DNA of 64,000 nt from Lophium mytilinum (Eukaryota): NCBI GenBank assembly GCA_010093605.1, contig MU004191.1:1348816-1412815 (forward strand), written 5' to 3'. Below the pieces are notes generated by a model. That model did not search any database, was not told where the DNA came from, and saw only the letters and a program-made list of their open reading frames with translations. Position numbers and translations under genes: made by a program. Of this stretch, positions 38,712 through 49,474 are shown in pieces (position 1 is the stretch's first letter; each line of letters opens with the position of its first letter).

Positions 38712-39138
38712 GGGAGTTGGGTTTTCTTCTTTTTTCGAAGGGTTTTGGATGGCGTTTGGATATTGGGTGATCTGATGGGTAGCTTTAAGGAACGAGATCT
38801 AGCGCCCGATATCTCTATATCTGGAGCATGGGCTTGATATATATAGAGCATTTTTCACGCTGTTACTGAATTTGTTTCTCCTCACCGTTGGCTGCGACCT
38901 ATAAGTTTGGGGTGTCTTGCATCTTCGATTCAGCTACATCATGTCTGGTATAAAGCACGTGAGAATTCGAGGTGAGTACGCGACGGGCTCGAAACTTTAT
39001 TCTATCGACCGCAAAAACGCCAAACCTGGTATCATAAATCTTCGTAGCGCGCGTCCCACGCCCGCCTTCCAACCGAACTGCGATCCGTTCCTTTTTCTAA
39101 AATGCGCTCAACACTCCAAACGCAAAAGCTTGCTCATG

Positions 39139-41278
39139 TTATTGCCCTAGCAGTGGCCTAAACGTCTCAAGATCCTCAGACGCCCCCTCCTCGATCATAC
39201 TGCGAATCATGTCGTCACTCGCAATCGAGTTCCAATGGTGGATGCTCATCGACTTCTTCGAGTTAAACATGACGCTCGCGACGCCGCGGACCTGCTTCAG
39301 CACCGTGTTGGCGACCGGCCACCAGGCGGATAGGCTCTGCAGCGAGCCGGTGTCGAGGCGGATGAGGCCTTTGATCTTCTCGTCTTGGCCGTCTGGGACA
39401 AGGAAGGACCAGTAGGAGAGGTGGACGACTGAGGCGACGACGACGACGCATGTGAAGAAGGGGGAGTGCCGTTGGAGCGGGGTGGGGAGGGTGATTAGCT
39501 TGGAGATGTCTTCGGCGGCTTGGAGGCACTTGGCTGTGTGGATTTCGCGCGCTTGCGTTGGGAGTAGGATTTGGCCGGGGTCGACGCAGACGGTGACTTC
39601 TTCAACGTCGCCGAAGCCGAGGTTGGAGCGGGGGCGGTGGAGTTGGATGGTAGCGCTGTTACACGGAGTTAGCTAGTGTTTGGGTGTTTAGTATGGGATG
39701 TTCTTACGCGCAGATGATCATTTGAGCTTGGAAGAGTATCTCATCAACGTCCCTGTCGTTGTGAAGCATGTCTCGTTTGAGTTTTGGTAGATGGAGCGAC
39801 CAGTTAACCAGGTCAGCGTCTGTGATATCAACCATGTGGTATTCCAAATTGTCGGCTCTGCTGACTTCAAGAACTTTACCCATGATGCGCACGGCGTCGA
39901 TGAGGTACGTAAAGGATGAGAATTGACACTCTTCGGTAGCAAAAGCGGAGTCATCATAATCTTGAAGCGAACGGGTGAACGGAATGTGCTGTTATCTGGA
40001 GTTAGCTTCGAGTGGGAAGAAAAGGCAGGAATAGTATTATAGCGATATTGGGTGAAGGCTCTTGGGATATCATGAACAGGGAATAAGCTTACCCCGGAGT
40101 AGTATTCCGCTTCCTCACAAGGTAAAGGTACGTCAGTCACCACGTCTCGAAGGCGGAACGGGATGCGAGGGTTTACTCCAGCAAAAAGGCCATTAATTAC
40201 GTATAACGACCACCAGGTACGCCTAAGACACTCTTCAAGTATTCTATCGTTTGAGCCGTGCATCAAAGCAAAGTCTCCTCGGTTCAGTCCAATCTCGAGA
40301 GCTATATTGATTGCCACATCGAGCATCTGGCCAGCTCTTTCCGGATCGTTGTTGGCATGCAGACCAATGGCAAAAAGCAGCAAAGTTTGGACTGAGAAAG
40401 CGTCCTTGGGGAGATTGTGCTGAGATAACATCCGTTTCAGGGCATCCTTGTACATTTCAGTGGGAGCTGCTGGGAGGAAACACGATCCAATGTACTGAAT
40501 AGCAAGTTCCAAGTGTGGAATGCGTCTTTGTTTTAACAACTCCACTTGACGATGGTGAGGCAACAAGAATGGATGTGAACTGTAAAAGTAGACATAGAAC
40601 GCGCCGGTTGTGCTCGCGACGCCAGAGTTCATAGAATGTGTTGGATTCAGGGATGATGGTAATGACAATTGGTTGGAAATTGGAGGCGACGCGAAGGGAT
40701 TTGTGTTGATAAGGCCGTCATAAGATCCGTGCTGTGGAGTCCCCATTTGACTGATGGGCACTGTATCAGAGTTGAAGTCAAAAGCCGGAGTTGATGCGTG
40801 AGAAGAACTGAATCCCAAGACGCTTCCCATGGGAGTTTGCACAGGCAATGCGTTCTCTTGACCTGCAGAGTTGTAAGAGAGATGCGCACACGTGACTACC
40901 TCTCAACTGATTGGAGCATTTACTAGATGTCGATTCGCCAGCCTTGAGTTTCCTCTTCCCTTTCCAGCCGCGGCGTGACTTCACGTAGGAGCACTCGACG
41001 CCATCGGCTCTACACCTTGTACAGCGTACACCACCGTCGCACTTGAGATGGCGGCTTCGACAGGCCACGCAGGCGACAGGAACCGACGTTCTGTTTGCGG
41101 ACACATTTCGAGCATTTCGAGCTGGCTGCGTCGCAGTAGGTTCGGGTAAACCGTTCGGATGAGCCAAAGGAGCATCTGGTGAGGAGTTCGAGGCAGTAGA
41201 AGCGTCAATAGACCACCACGAAGAATCTCCAGCGGCAGACACGGAGAGCCGAGAAGACGTGGGCATGTGAGGCTCCAT
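39139..41278 (-). CDS. Zn2Cys6 transcription factor with fungal-specific TF middle-homology domain
   Basis: ACVACRSRHLKCDGGVRCTRCRADGVECSY; YFYSSHPFL; EECLRRTWWSLY; LPCEE; several introns. Confidence 0.88.
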
Positions 41279-41531
41279 ATCCCATTAACCAGGTGTTGAA
41301 ACCACGATGAATCAAGAGTGGGCTTCAAGCTTGAATATAGAGGGGCGGTATAGGGATGAATGCGATCGACAAAGCGGTGCCGGATAGATGGACTCCAGGG
41401 TTGACGTGATCCTTATGAGTGGAGAAATTCAGCCCTGTGACCCTTGAGGGAAATTAGATAATCAAAGCCACCATGTAACGCTGTACCTTGCAGCTGAGGC
41501 TCCAAAACCTTTTCCAGCTCTTACAAGGCTT

Positions 41532-41660
41532 CAGCTCTTGGGCACGTTCGTTTTCTGCATCTTTCATCAAGGCTGGTTCCGCGATTAAATGTGCTCTTCG
41601 TAGTCTAGAATAGAATAATGCCTAGGCACAGTCGGACCGACTGTAGGGCTATTCTACTAC
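41532..41660 (+). repeat. Structured direct repeat, copy 1 (partner 43535-43660)
   Basis: agctcttgggca...tccgcgattaaatgtgctcttcgtagtctag...ctaggcacagtcggaccgactgtaggg; the 27-bp core differs from copy 2 at one base. Confidence 0.85.
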
Positions 41661-41804
41661 CCCAGTCTACACAATCCTGACTCCTCTGCTCTTTCATCTT
41701 CCCCCAAAAAACATCTAATGCTATGTCTATAGTCAATCTCATTCAGAGAACAGGGTTGACGCTGTCTGAGGTGGCCTGAACAGTTTTCAGACTGTGAAGA
41801 CTAC

Positions 41805-43157
41805 TCAAGCATTTTGAGCTTTACACTCTGCATCATAAGCCTTCAGCTGCTCCATCTTCATATCTGCGAATTGCTCCATCTCCTCTCTTGTTTCCTTGTC
41901 AAGCACATCGTCTCCTGGCCTATGGAGCGCAGCCCAATAAATCGCATCAACATCAAAACTCTTCCTAATTCCATAGTCAAACCAAAACCTCCCCGAGTCC
42001 CAGGAACCGCGCATGCGTGTAGATAGAAGTACAGTATTGTGGCTCCCTTCCGCCTTCGCCCTCGCCCTCGCTTCCACCCTTTTCATCGCCCGCAAGAACT
42101 GCTCCATTCGCGGCACGTAATGCGCCACGAAAGCTTCCATCGTGTAGCGCTCAAGCCACATGTCCGGACCCAGCAAGAGCAACCACCATGGCGGATCGTA
42201 CGCAAATTGTACTGGCAGTGTGTTTGAGAACTCAAAATCTAGGACAGCCGTGATGCGCAGAAGTTTTGGGTCTGCAAGCATGTTCGCAATCCGTAGGTCG
42301 TCGCAGTAGGGTTTGAAAGGCCCGGTGTCGGCAAGACAGTAGCGATCGACCGACTGTTTGAAGCGGTGACGGGCGATAAAGCGCCTCTTCGCATCTTCTC
42401 TACTTGTAACGAGGTTTCGTTGCGTCCGCAGATGGACAAGATGCTCGTCAGCGAGAGAGTAGAGAAAGGCTTTTGCTGAGGTAAAAGGCGCCGCGGGGAA
42501 GCCACTTATAGGGTAATTCGACACAACAGACGCTAATTCGTTCATGTTGTAGGTAAAGGGTCTCTCGCTAGCAGTCCACTCGTTCGAGGACGGCTTCCGG
42601 GATATCGCTCCAATAGCGGAGAAGTCTAGCTGGGACAGTTGCAGCATATAGTCGGCCAGTTGCTTATAGATATAATCTAATTTCTCACCGTCTACGTTCT
42701 CCGCAAGGATCACCTCTTCTTGTTTAGTTTTGGTTGGCTTCTTTAAGAAGAGTTCTAGCGACGTTCCGGGCATAAAGTCCATGATAATAAATGGACCGAG
42801 CTGCTGGGGACTGTCTTCGGTCATGCCCCAGCTGAGCACTTGGGGCACGGGGATCGTTGTCCGCTCACGCAGATAATTCAGGATCTGTGCTTCATTTCTA
42901 ACCTTTTACTCCCGGAGAATTGTAGCTGTGTGTCCTGGTTTTGGAAAGCGAACTAGAACTTTCCGCCTATCGCCGAATCTCACAACGAAACTGAGGTTGA
43001 ATGAACCTTTGAGGTAGCTGTCAAGCTCGGCTGAGCTGCCTCCTACTTGACTAGCGGCGAAGGCAACGATCTCTTGCTTTGTATCGATGGCCTTAGATAC
43101 CCAGGCCTTGAACTCATTGTCGCAATCTGTTTCGGCTAGCTCGTCGAATACAGTCAT
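41805..43157 (-). pseudogene. APH/choline-kinase-like phosphotransferase with one in-frame stop
   Basis: GSFNL, VRFPKPG, E*KVRNEA, TTIPVPQV, FIIMDFMPG, DDLRIANMLAD, AVLDFEF. The two ORFs share a frame and are separated only by TAA at 42906-42908. Confidence 0.82.
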
Positions 43158-43534
43158 CTCCCCGTCAAGCCAGAATCAGATGTGGGGAGTGATTACTTCT
43201 GGGCAGAAATAAGATCAAGAAGTGATTGTGGTTGTTCGACATGCATCATCGGAGTTGCCAATGAGCTCGCGAGAATGTGCTGTGCCGCAACATATTTGAG
43301 GGCCAGTTCACTCGAGACCAGGGGCCGCAATCGGACCTTCTGAGCTAAGGGTCGAAAGTCTTTCCAGCTGTTAAGACGCGTCAGCTCCTGTAGTATTCTA
43401 ATGCGAGGACCGTGTTGTGTACAATGGCTTGACGCCGTCTGAAGCCCCCCAGTAGGTTTCCAGAAGCCGTGAAACTACAGTTTCAGTGATCGTGACAGCA
43501 CCCTAGGCCACCTCAGACGCTGTCACAGCCCCGT

Positions 43535-43660
43535 AGCTCTTGGGCATGTATGTTTGTCAACGTTTTTTACGAAGTATCAGGATAGCATCCGCGACAGAAT
43601 GTGGTCTTTGTAGTCTAGTGACTAGGCACAGTCGGGCCGACTGTAGGGTTGTTGTACGCC
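43535..43660 (+). repeat. Structured direct repeat, copy 2
   Basis: agctcttgggca...tccgcgacagaatgtggtctttgtagtctagtgactaggcacagtcgggccgactgtaggg. Confidence 0.85.
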
Positions 43661-45069
43661 CCTTTTTCAGCTGCCCAGAACCCAACCTCAAACAGCATCA
43701 ATGCGAAAAGAAAACTGCTTCTTGAGTCCCAATCAGGAAATAATGTCCTTCCTCCGCATACGGTCTCCGTTACCGCTCACGCCTCGCAACGGCGTCGGGT
43801 AAAATTCCACACGTCCGTCGAACAAAGGTTCGGTGACAGCTTCCATCCCATCGGCCCCCCACAAGAAATGTGGAGGCGGCGCCACCACCGGGGATCCGCT
43901 GCAAGGGCTCCACCCACCCCCCTGCCAGAAGTGAGATTTAAAGCAGCGAGACGGGCGGAAATAGCCACGAGGTTCCGCCCCGCTGTCACTCTTTTGGCCC
44001 GACACTACCCTCACGCAACCACCCTCTTTTGCTTCTCTGATGAACCAGTTTGCTGTCCTTAAGGACGTGGCATTAGTCCCGCATGGTCTGCGCCTTTGGG
44101 GCCGCCCAGGCCAAGAGAACCTTGGAAGTGAACAGGTACAGCCGCAGTTGATGGACCCAGCCCATTCAATCCAGCATGCGGAGAAACAGCATCATCGTCC
44201 CTTCACCCAGTGCCACCACGCCGGGACTGAGCGAGAATGAGGCAGTGGTGGTGCTGCACTCAAGTTGAGGCACGCCGAGGTCTGTCTCCGGGCTTGACCC
44301 CTCCGAGCATCCGACCTTCAGCGCAGTACCCAGCATCGTCTGTTCACGAGGGAGTGGCGTGGGCGGCGAGAAGTCCCATATGGTAGGCAGAAGCCACTGC
44401 ATGAACCAAGGCGGTGGAAGGCATCGGGTGAATAAACCGAGACTCTCTTCCCTAATTCAATTCTGACAGCTGTGACTCTACTTTCTCGTTGTTTCACTTC
44501 CTTCCTCCAATCTCTCGATCTGTTTCGTCATATAGCATTGCAGCGTATGCATACCGGTCACATCATCAGGGATTTCGCTGTCAAAAAATCTGCTCCTCAT
44601 CCTCTCTCATTGCCGTGTCAGGACGCTCGCTATGCCATGCTCTCCTTGCAGCAAACAGGTACCTACTAAACACTACCAACTCCTATCCCGCGAGCTCGCT
44701 GCCGTCCTACCACGACTACTGGAGCTACCTAACAGCTCCTAACAGCCCACCTTCGTCCAACGCGCGTCTCAAATTGCGCGCAATCTAACCCCACACAGAT
44801 CTGCGGCCTTGGCTAGATCGAGCCGCCGTTCCGTCCATTTCACCATGGTGATCCATCTCGATGCTCGGGAGAACGGGCAGCACCGCCTCCCCGCACTCGT
44901 TCGCGTCCAACGTCTGCGCTGGTTTTCCTACACGCGGTGCACCCAGTCCAGACCCCGTCGCCTGCGCGATAAAAGCCTTCACAAGTGCGCCCGCGCGCTG
45001 GAACCTCGGAGGTGAGCTCCGTGGCGCCACCGCCCCTCAGGACAGTAGAAAATGTTCCCTCTTAAGCGT

Positions 45070-46216
45070 TTAGCTCGTATTCAGCGGCGTGGTGAAGTCC
45101 GAGTAGTTGCAGTACTCGACCCACCCGTCCAAGTCCATGAGCTTGATGACGGTGCTGAAGTTCTCGGCGTCGGCGTTGGCGCCGCAGTAGCTGTCCACTT
45201 CGGACTTGGTCACTTTTTTGCCGGCGTCGGGGTACTCAATGTGGAAGACGGGCTTGTGGTGCGTGATGAAGGCGGTGAAGTTTGAGCACTCGGAGTACTG
45301 GGCGCATTGCTCGTTGACGCTGAAGTGGACGAGGGGGAGGACGTCGTCGATGATGGCGGCGGCGTTCTTGAGGCCCATGGAGAGTTTGTGGGCGAGGGTG
45401 GCGTTGGAGAGGAAGGAGAGGAAGGAGATGCTGTCGGCTGGGGTGAGTGAGAGCCCGTTGGTGTTGGACTTCGGGTGGGTGTTAGTTATGTTGCATATAC
45501 TTGTCAATCTACACTCTGTTTTGACGCTTTGTGGGAAAGAGAGGTAGGGAGAAGGCGGGGAGAGAGCGTACATAGCCATCAACGTTATCTGGATCAACAC
45601 CATCACACCCCTTCTGCGCGGCTAGCTCTACCCTCTTCGTCATGATGTTCCGCACATTCGTGCTGTTAAGATTGAGCCAGTACTCTCCGGGCCACCCATC
45701 CATCTCCTTCCCTTTATCCGCATCCTTGAAGTCGCCGCTATCTGGTCTGTCTGGCTCATAGCTGCCCGCACTGAAGTAGCAAATCACCTTCTTTCCCAGC
45801 TTGTGCAGCGTAGATATGACCTCGGCGCTGTTCGTGAAGAGGTCGATGTCATACACCTCGACGTCCGGCGTTATGGATGTTGCGTCGGACGACAGCTCCA
45901 GCGGGTTCTGCAGCACAATCTGCCAGGTGCTGTTGACGGTTGGCGCCCATGTGGGCTGTACGGTGGGCGATGGGAGGGGAGAAACAGTGCTTGTTGGAGC
46001 AGAAGAGGGTGACGAAGGGTCGTTGTTTCCGCTCCCTTTGCGGGTTAAACCAACACCGAGGCCGATTGCGAGAGCGATGACAATAATGATCACAACGGCA
46101 CAGGCGATGAGGCTGATACGTTTACGGCGGCTGCGATGCTCAATTGGGGCGTTGGATAGTTTAGAAGACATTGTGGTGTGGAGTAGGGGGTATTCGCTAG
46201 GAGTCGTGGAGACCAT
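45070..46216 (-). CDS. GH114 endo-alpha-1,4-polygalactosaminidase (Ega3-like), type II membrane anchor
   Basis: TM after RRKR; WQIVL, VYDIDLF, KVICYFSAGSYE, GWPGEYWL, KGCDGVDPDNVDGY|, GLKNA, VNEQC, KPVFHIEYP, STVIK. Confidence 0.88.
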
Positions 46217-47268
46217 GGAGAGTGTCTTGAGAATTGAGAGGCTTTGGAATATGATGCGAGTAGGCGTTACAGTTATATAATAGGATCAGACCATATAAGT
46301 TGCTGCGACACAGGAGTGAGTTGCTCCTCTGCAAGTGCTAGTGGTGCAGACGTCCTCTCCTTTCACGCGACGGTCGAGGCTGAGCAGAGCAGCAACCCGA
46401 GCGACATTGAAAGAACAAAATCTAGAGAGCTAGAGAGCTAGAGAGCTAGTACCTTGGTAATGAAGGATTTTAGCGTATTGAGTTGGAAGACTAACGTGCT
46501 CCTCCTGGCGCGAGTGTGGCTGAGCAGGCAAGCTCGGCCAGGGAGCTTTAGATTGCGTGGGCTGATGATATTCTACGATTATCATACCGGGCGCGGAACT
46601 GGTCGTGTATGAAGAAAGAGAGATACCCAGGTATGGCAGAGGGCGATGCGCTGGTGGGAGTAATGGCGACAGCATGGTCAAGAATGCGTGCATAAAGGCA
46701 ACAAGGGAGGTTTCAAACAGCTGCAATATATTCTAGAAGTGCAACTGTAGGCGAGCAGCTGCGCCTCATCTGGAGAGTAAAAGCATTGGAAGGGTTCCTG
46801 CGGGCACGGGCCGATTACTAGCTAGACACGGGGCTCATCGCAGCTAGTACATACGCTATGAGCCTTCAGCTACCATTTCTTGTCCCTTCTCTCAATCTCC
46901 TACAGCTCGCCACGAAGGCCTCGATCACAGATCGGCAGCATGGTTAAACCCCGGCATCCAGTATCATGATCATGCCACCACAACAGTTGTGCAACCTAAT
47001 TGGCTTCCCAGCAAAGTCGTTCGACCTTCCCTTTTGACTTTTGAACAGCCGAAAAGGGGCATTCGGGTTGTTTTGAGACAATCTGTTCATCCGGGTTTGG
47101 CACTTGCACTCGATCTTATAGTTCATAAAACTATATCTTGCCGTTCCACTCAAACTTTGCTTCTGTCTACTATTGCAGACATGGCGATATTATGATGCTA
47201 GCAAACTATACACTTCGCGCCTAGCCAATCCGCCGAGTAGTCATAGATAGAAAGCGTAGAAAATGCCA

Positions 47269-48430
47269 CTACAACCTTACCGCCATCGTCAGGGTGTACG
47301 TGCGGGAGTACCCACTCATCGTGACCCAAAGCATTGGAGGATCTGTCCTGACCTGCTCCGTAGTCGCGCCGCTGATCGAGGTGACCGGGCCGGGATAAGT
47401 CACGGGAATCGTCGTTCCGAAGGTATTGCTATCGGAGGTGATCATCACTCTTAAGGTTGACATGCCGTATGCTGAAAGATTGTACTTGATGTTGGGGTTG
47501 CAATGTCGCGTATTTGACGAATGACGAATTGCAGGGTGAGATCATCGTATTTAGGGGTAGTGAGTGGCCAGGTGGAGCTGCTCTTGTTAGAGAGGTAGCC
47601 ATGAAGGCTGGGGGAATACTTACAGCCTTGTATCTCTGTGACGACAGTTCCAACCCAAATTTGAGGCAAGGAGAGCTGCTGTGAACTTCTATTCACCTCG
47701 GCGCTTGCGACGTCGGTCTGCCTTAGGTGTTTTTGGTGTATCTTGTACCTGTAAACCAAAAGCCGGAATGTCACTCTATGGATAGGATGCAACCCGAGAA
47801 GATGCCGTGTGTTCGTTGCTCCAGCAACTGCAAGAAGATTGTCAAAAGCTCCACTACCTCCAGACGTGTTGATCCATTCGGCCGATGTGCATGCTGGAAC
47901 ATCAGAATCGTAATAATTGGTGGTTGCCCATCGAGGCACGATCATCAGACCATCATGTCCATTCGCAGCGAGCGTGGTTGTGAGCGGCCAAGATGGATTC
48001 TCAGTATTCAACAGCACTGAGCGGGTATTATCTCCTATCACATACTTATTATTAGAGACTTAGTTAGTCATCCATACCCGTATAGCGTCTCCATTGTGAA
48101 CTCCGGTAATGGCAAGTAGGGTTAGACCATTCACGCTGAACCTAACGGCGTTCCATATACCCACTTGCTTGAGCCAGGCAATGTTGAAGGTTATCTCCTT
48201 CAGAGTATCCGAGTACGTAGCATCGTTCAGATCTTCGTGTGTGCTATCAAAGGTCAACAAGAGCTTCGCAGAAGGCCCCATGAATACTTACGTTGTGTGA
48301 GAACTATGCGAAAACGCGTTGAGATTCGATGGGGTTGCGAGCTATTGCTTGAGTGCATCAAGCTTAATACATGCCAGACTCCATGTGTACGACGTTGGTG
48401 TGGTGAGCTAAACGTTTGTGCTACTCCCTA
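47269..48430 (-). pseudogene. Degenerate C-terminal fragment of an Agd3-like polysaccharide deacetylase
   Basis: Fragmented frames: NLNAFSHSSHT|HEDLNDATYSDTLKEITFNIAWL, AITGVHNGDAIRVW, GDNTR, MIVPRWAT, EWINTSGGSG, NTRHLLGLH. Stops and frameshifts; no 5' half visible. Confidence 0.78.
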
Positions 48431-48461
48431 GAGGCTGTTGGAACTAAAAAGCGGTATGCGG

Positions 48462-48513
48462 ATGAGGAAACTTGAGTTGTCGGTATGAGGAAACTTGAGT
48501 TGTCGGTATGAGG
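48462..48513. repeat. Perfect 23-bp tandem repeat (2.3 copies)
   Basis: atgaggaaacttgagttgtcggt x2 + atgagg. Confidence 0.9.
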
Positions 48514-49129
48514 GTTTCCCCAAGCGGCCATGTCACGGGCTTAATGATAGATGTATATATGCTTATGTACCCTTATTGAGCATCGTTTGAGGTCCTCTGG
48601 TATGTTATTGCTATTCAAGAAGGACCAGCTTTGACAAGCCTGATAGTTCTCCGGACCACCCTTCTGAAAGTATATGAGGACCTTGGCTTCCCTCTGCAAA
48701 GCACTCGCACTCGACTTACAGCAAACACCCTGGCCTCAGCACGTTCACAGCACAGCTACACACACTAGAAACCTCACACAACACAGTATCTTAGTTGACA
48801 ACGAAAGGTATGTGTCTAGGCGCCAGAGCAAGAAGAAGGTTGAGTTGAAAGCCGCAGCCGAGATAGAAAAGAAAGAGGAACGGGTTTGCAATGCACCTAT
48901 GGTGTTCATCTAGTTCTATAATGACGACAAGCTGGTCCATTAGAACTAGTTGGAGAACACTAAGTTTCTTCGACGCCGCGGGGAGGAAATGAAGAAGGCT
49001 CTTCTAGAGACCTCAGACGGCGTCGAACTGCTGCCTGAGTGTGCCACCTTTTTCTTGCCTAATTCGTAGCGTGATATGTGCACTTGCCTGCCACTGCCTG
49101 GGGTTCCCTGGTATAGGATACTAATAGAG

Positions 49130-49275
49130 ACCGGGCAAGCGTATGCACTTCGAATCTGCGTACACCCTGTTGACGCTGTCTGGGTTAGCCTCACAAGCTT
49201 ACAAGTCCTCTAAAATGCCGGTCATCTCTCCTATTCAAGATGCTGAAAATACTATGAGGCTCCTCACGCAGCGGT
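49130..49275 (+). ncRNA. Dispersed structured element, copy 2 (candidate HDV-like ribozyme)
   Basis: Homologous to 20759-20913: tacaccctgttgacgctgtctgggttagcctcac...aaaatgccg...aatactatgaggctcctcacgcagcgg. Confidence 0.4.
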
Positions 49276-49474
49276 GAATGAAGGTGATGGGGGTGGAAGA
49301 AAGGAAGACCACGGGCCGGAATAAGTTGCTCCCGGCCACTTGGACCGAATCGGCGCCTATTTATGGCCTAGCGTGGTTCCCAAAAATCATGGGCGACGCG
49401 ATCCACCTCCACCTCCACCCCCTCGTCTTCCATACACAACAAACACCTCCCACCACTCCGCGGCCTCGGTCGTC

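Noticed and set aside
43650..45030. Several short ORFs downstream of GH114 that might be further GAG-cluster genes or a transposase
   Set aside because: No Sph3, Uge3, GT4, DDE or RT motifs recognisable.
46422..46450. (CTAGAGAG)n octamer repeat
   Set aside because: Simple short tandem repeat with no further structure.
48462..48513. CRISPR-like repeat
   Set aside because: Units are adjacent with no spacers, and the context is eukaryotic.
49141..49165. TTCGAAT T-loop/B-box-like hairpin suggesting a tRNA gene
   Set aside because: No acceptor, D or anticodon arms can be built, and copy 1 has TTTCAAT at this position.
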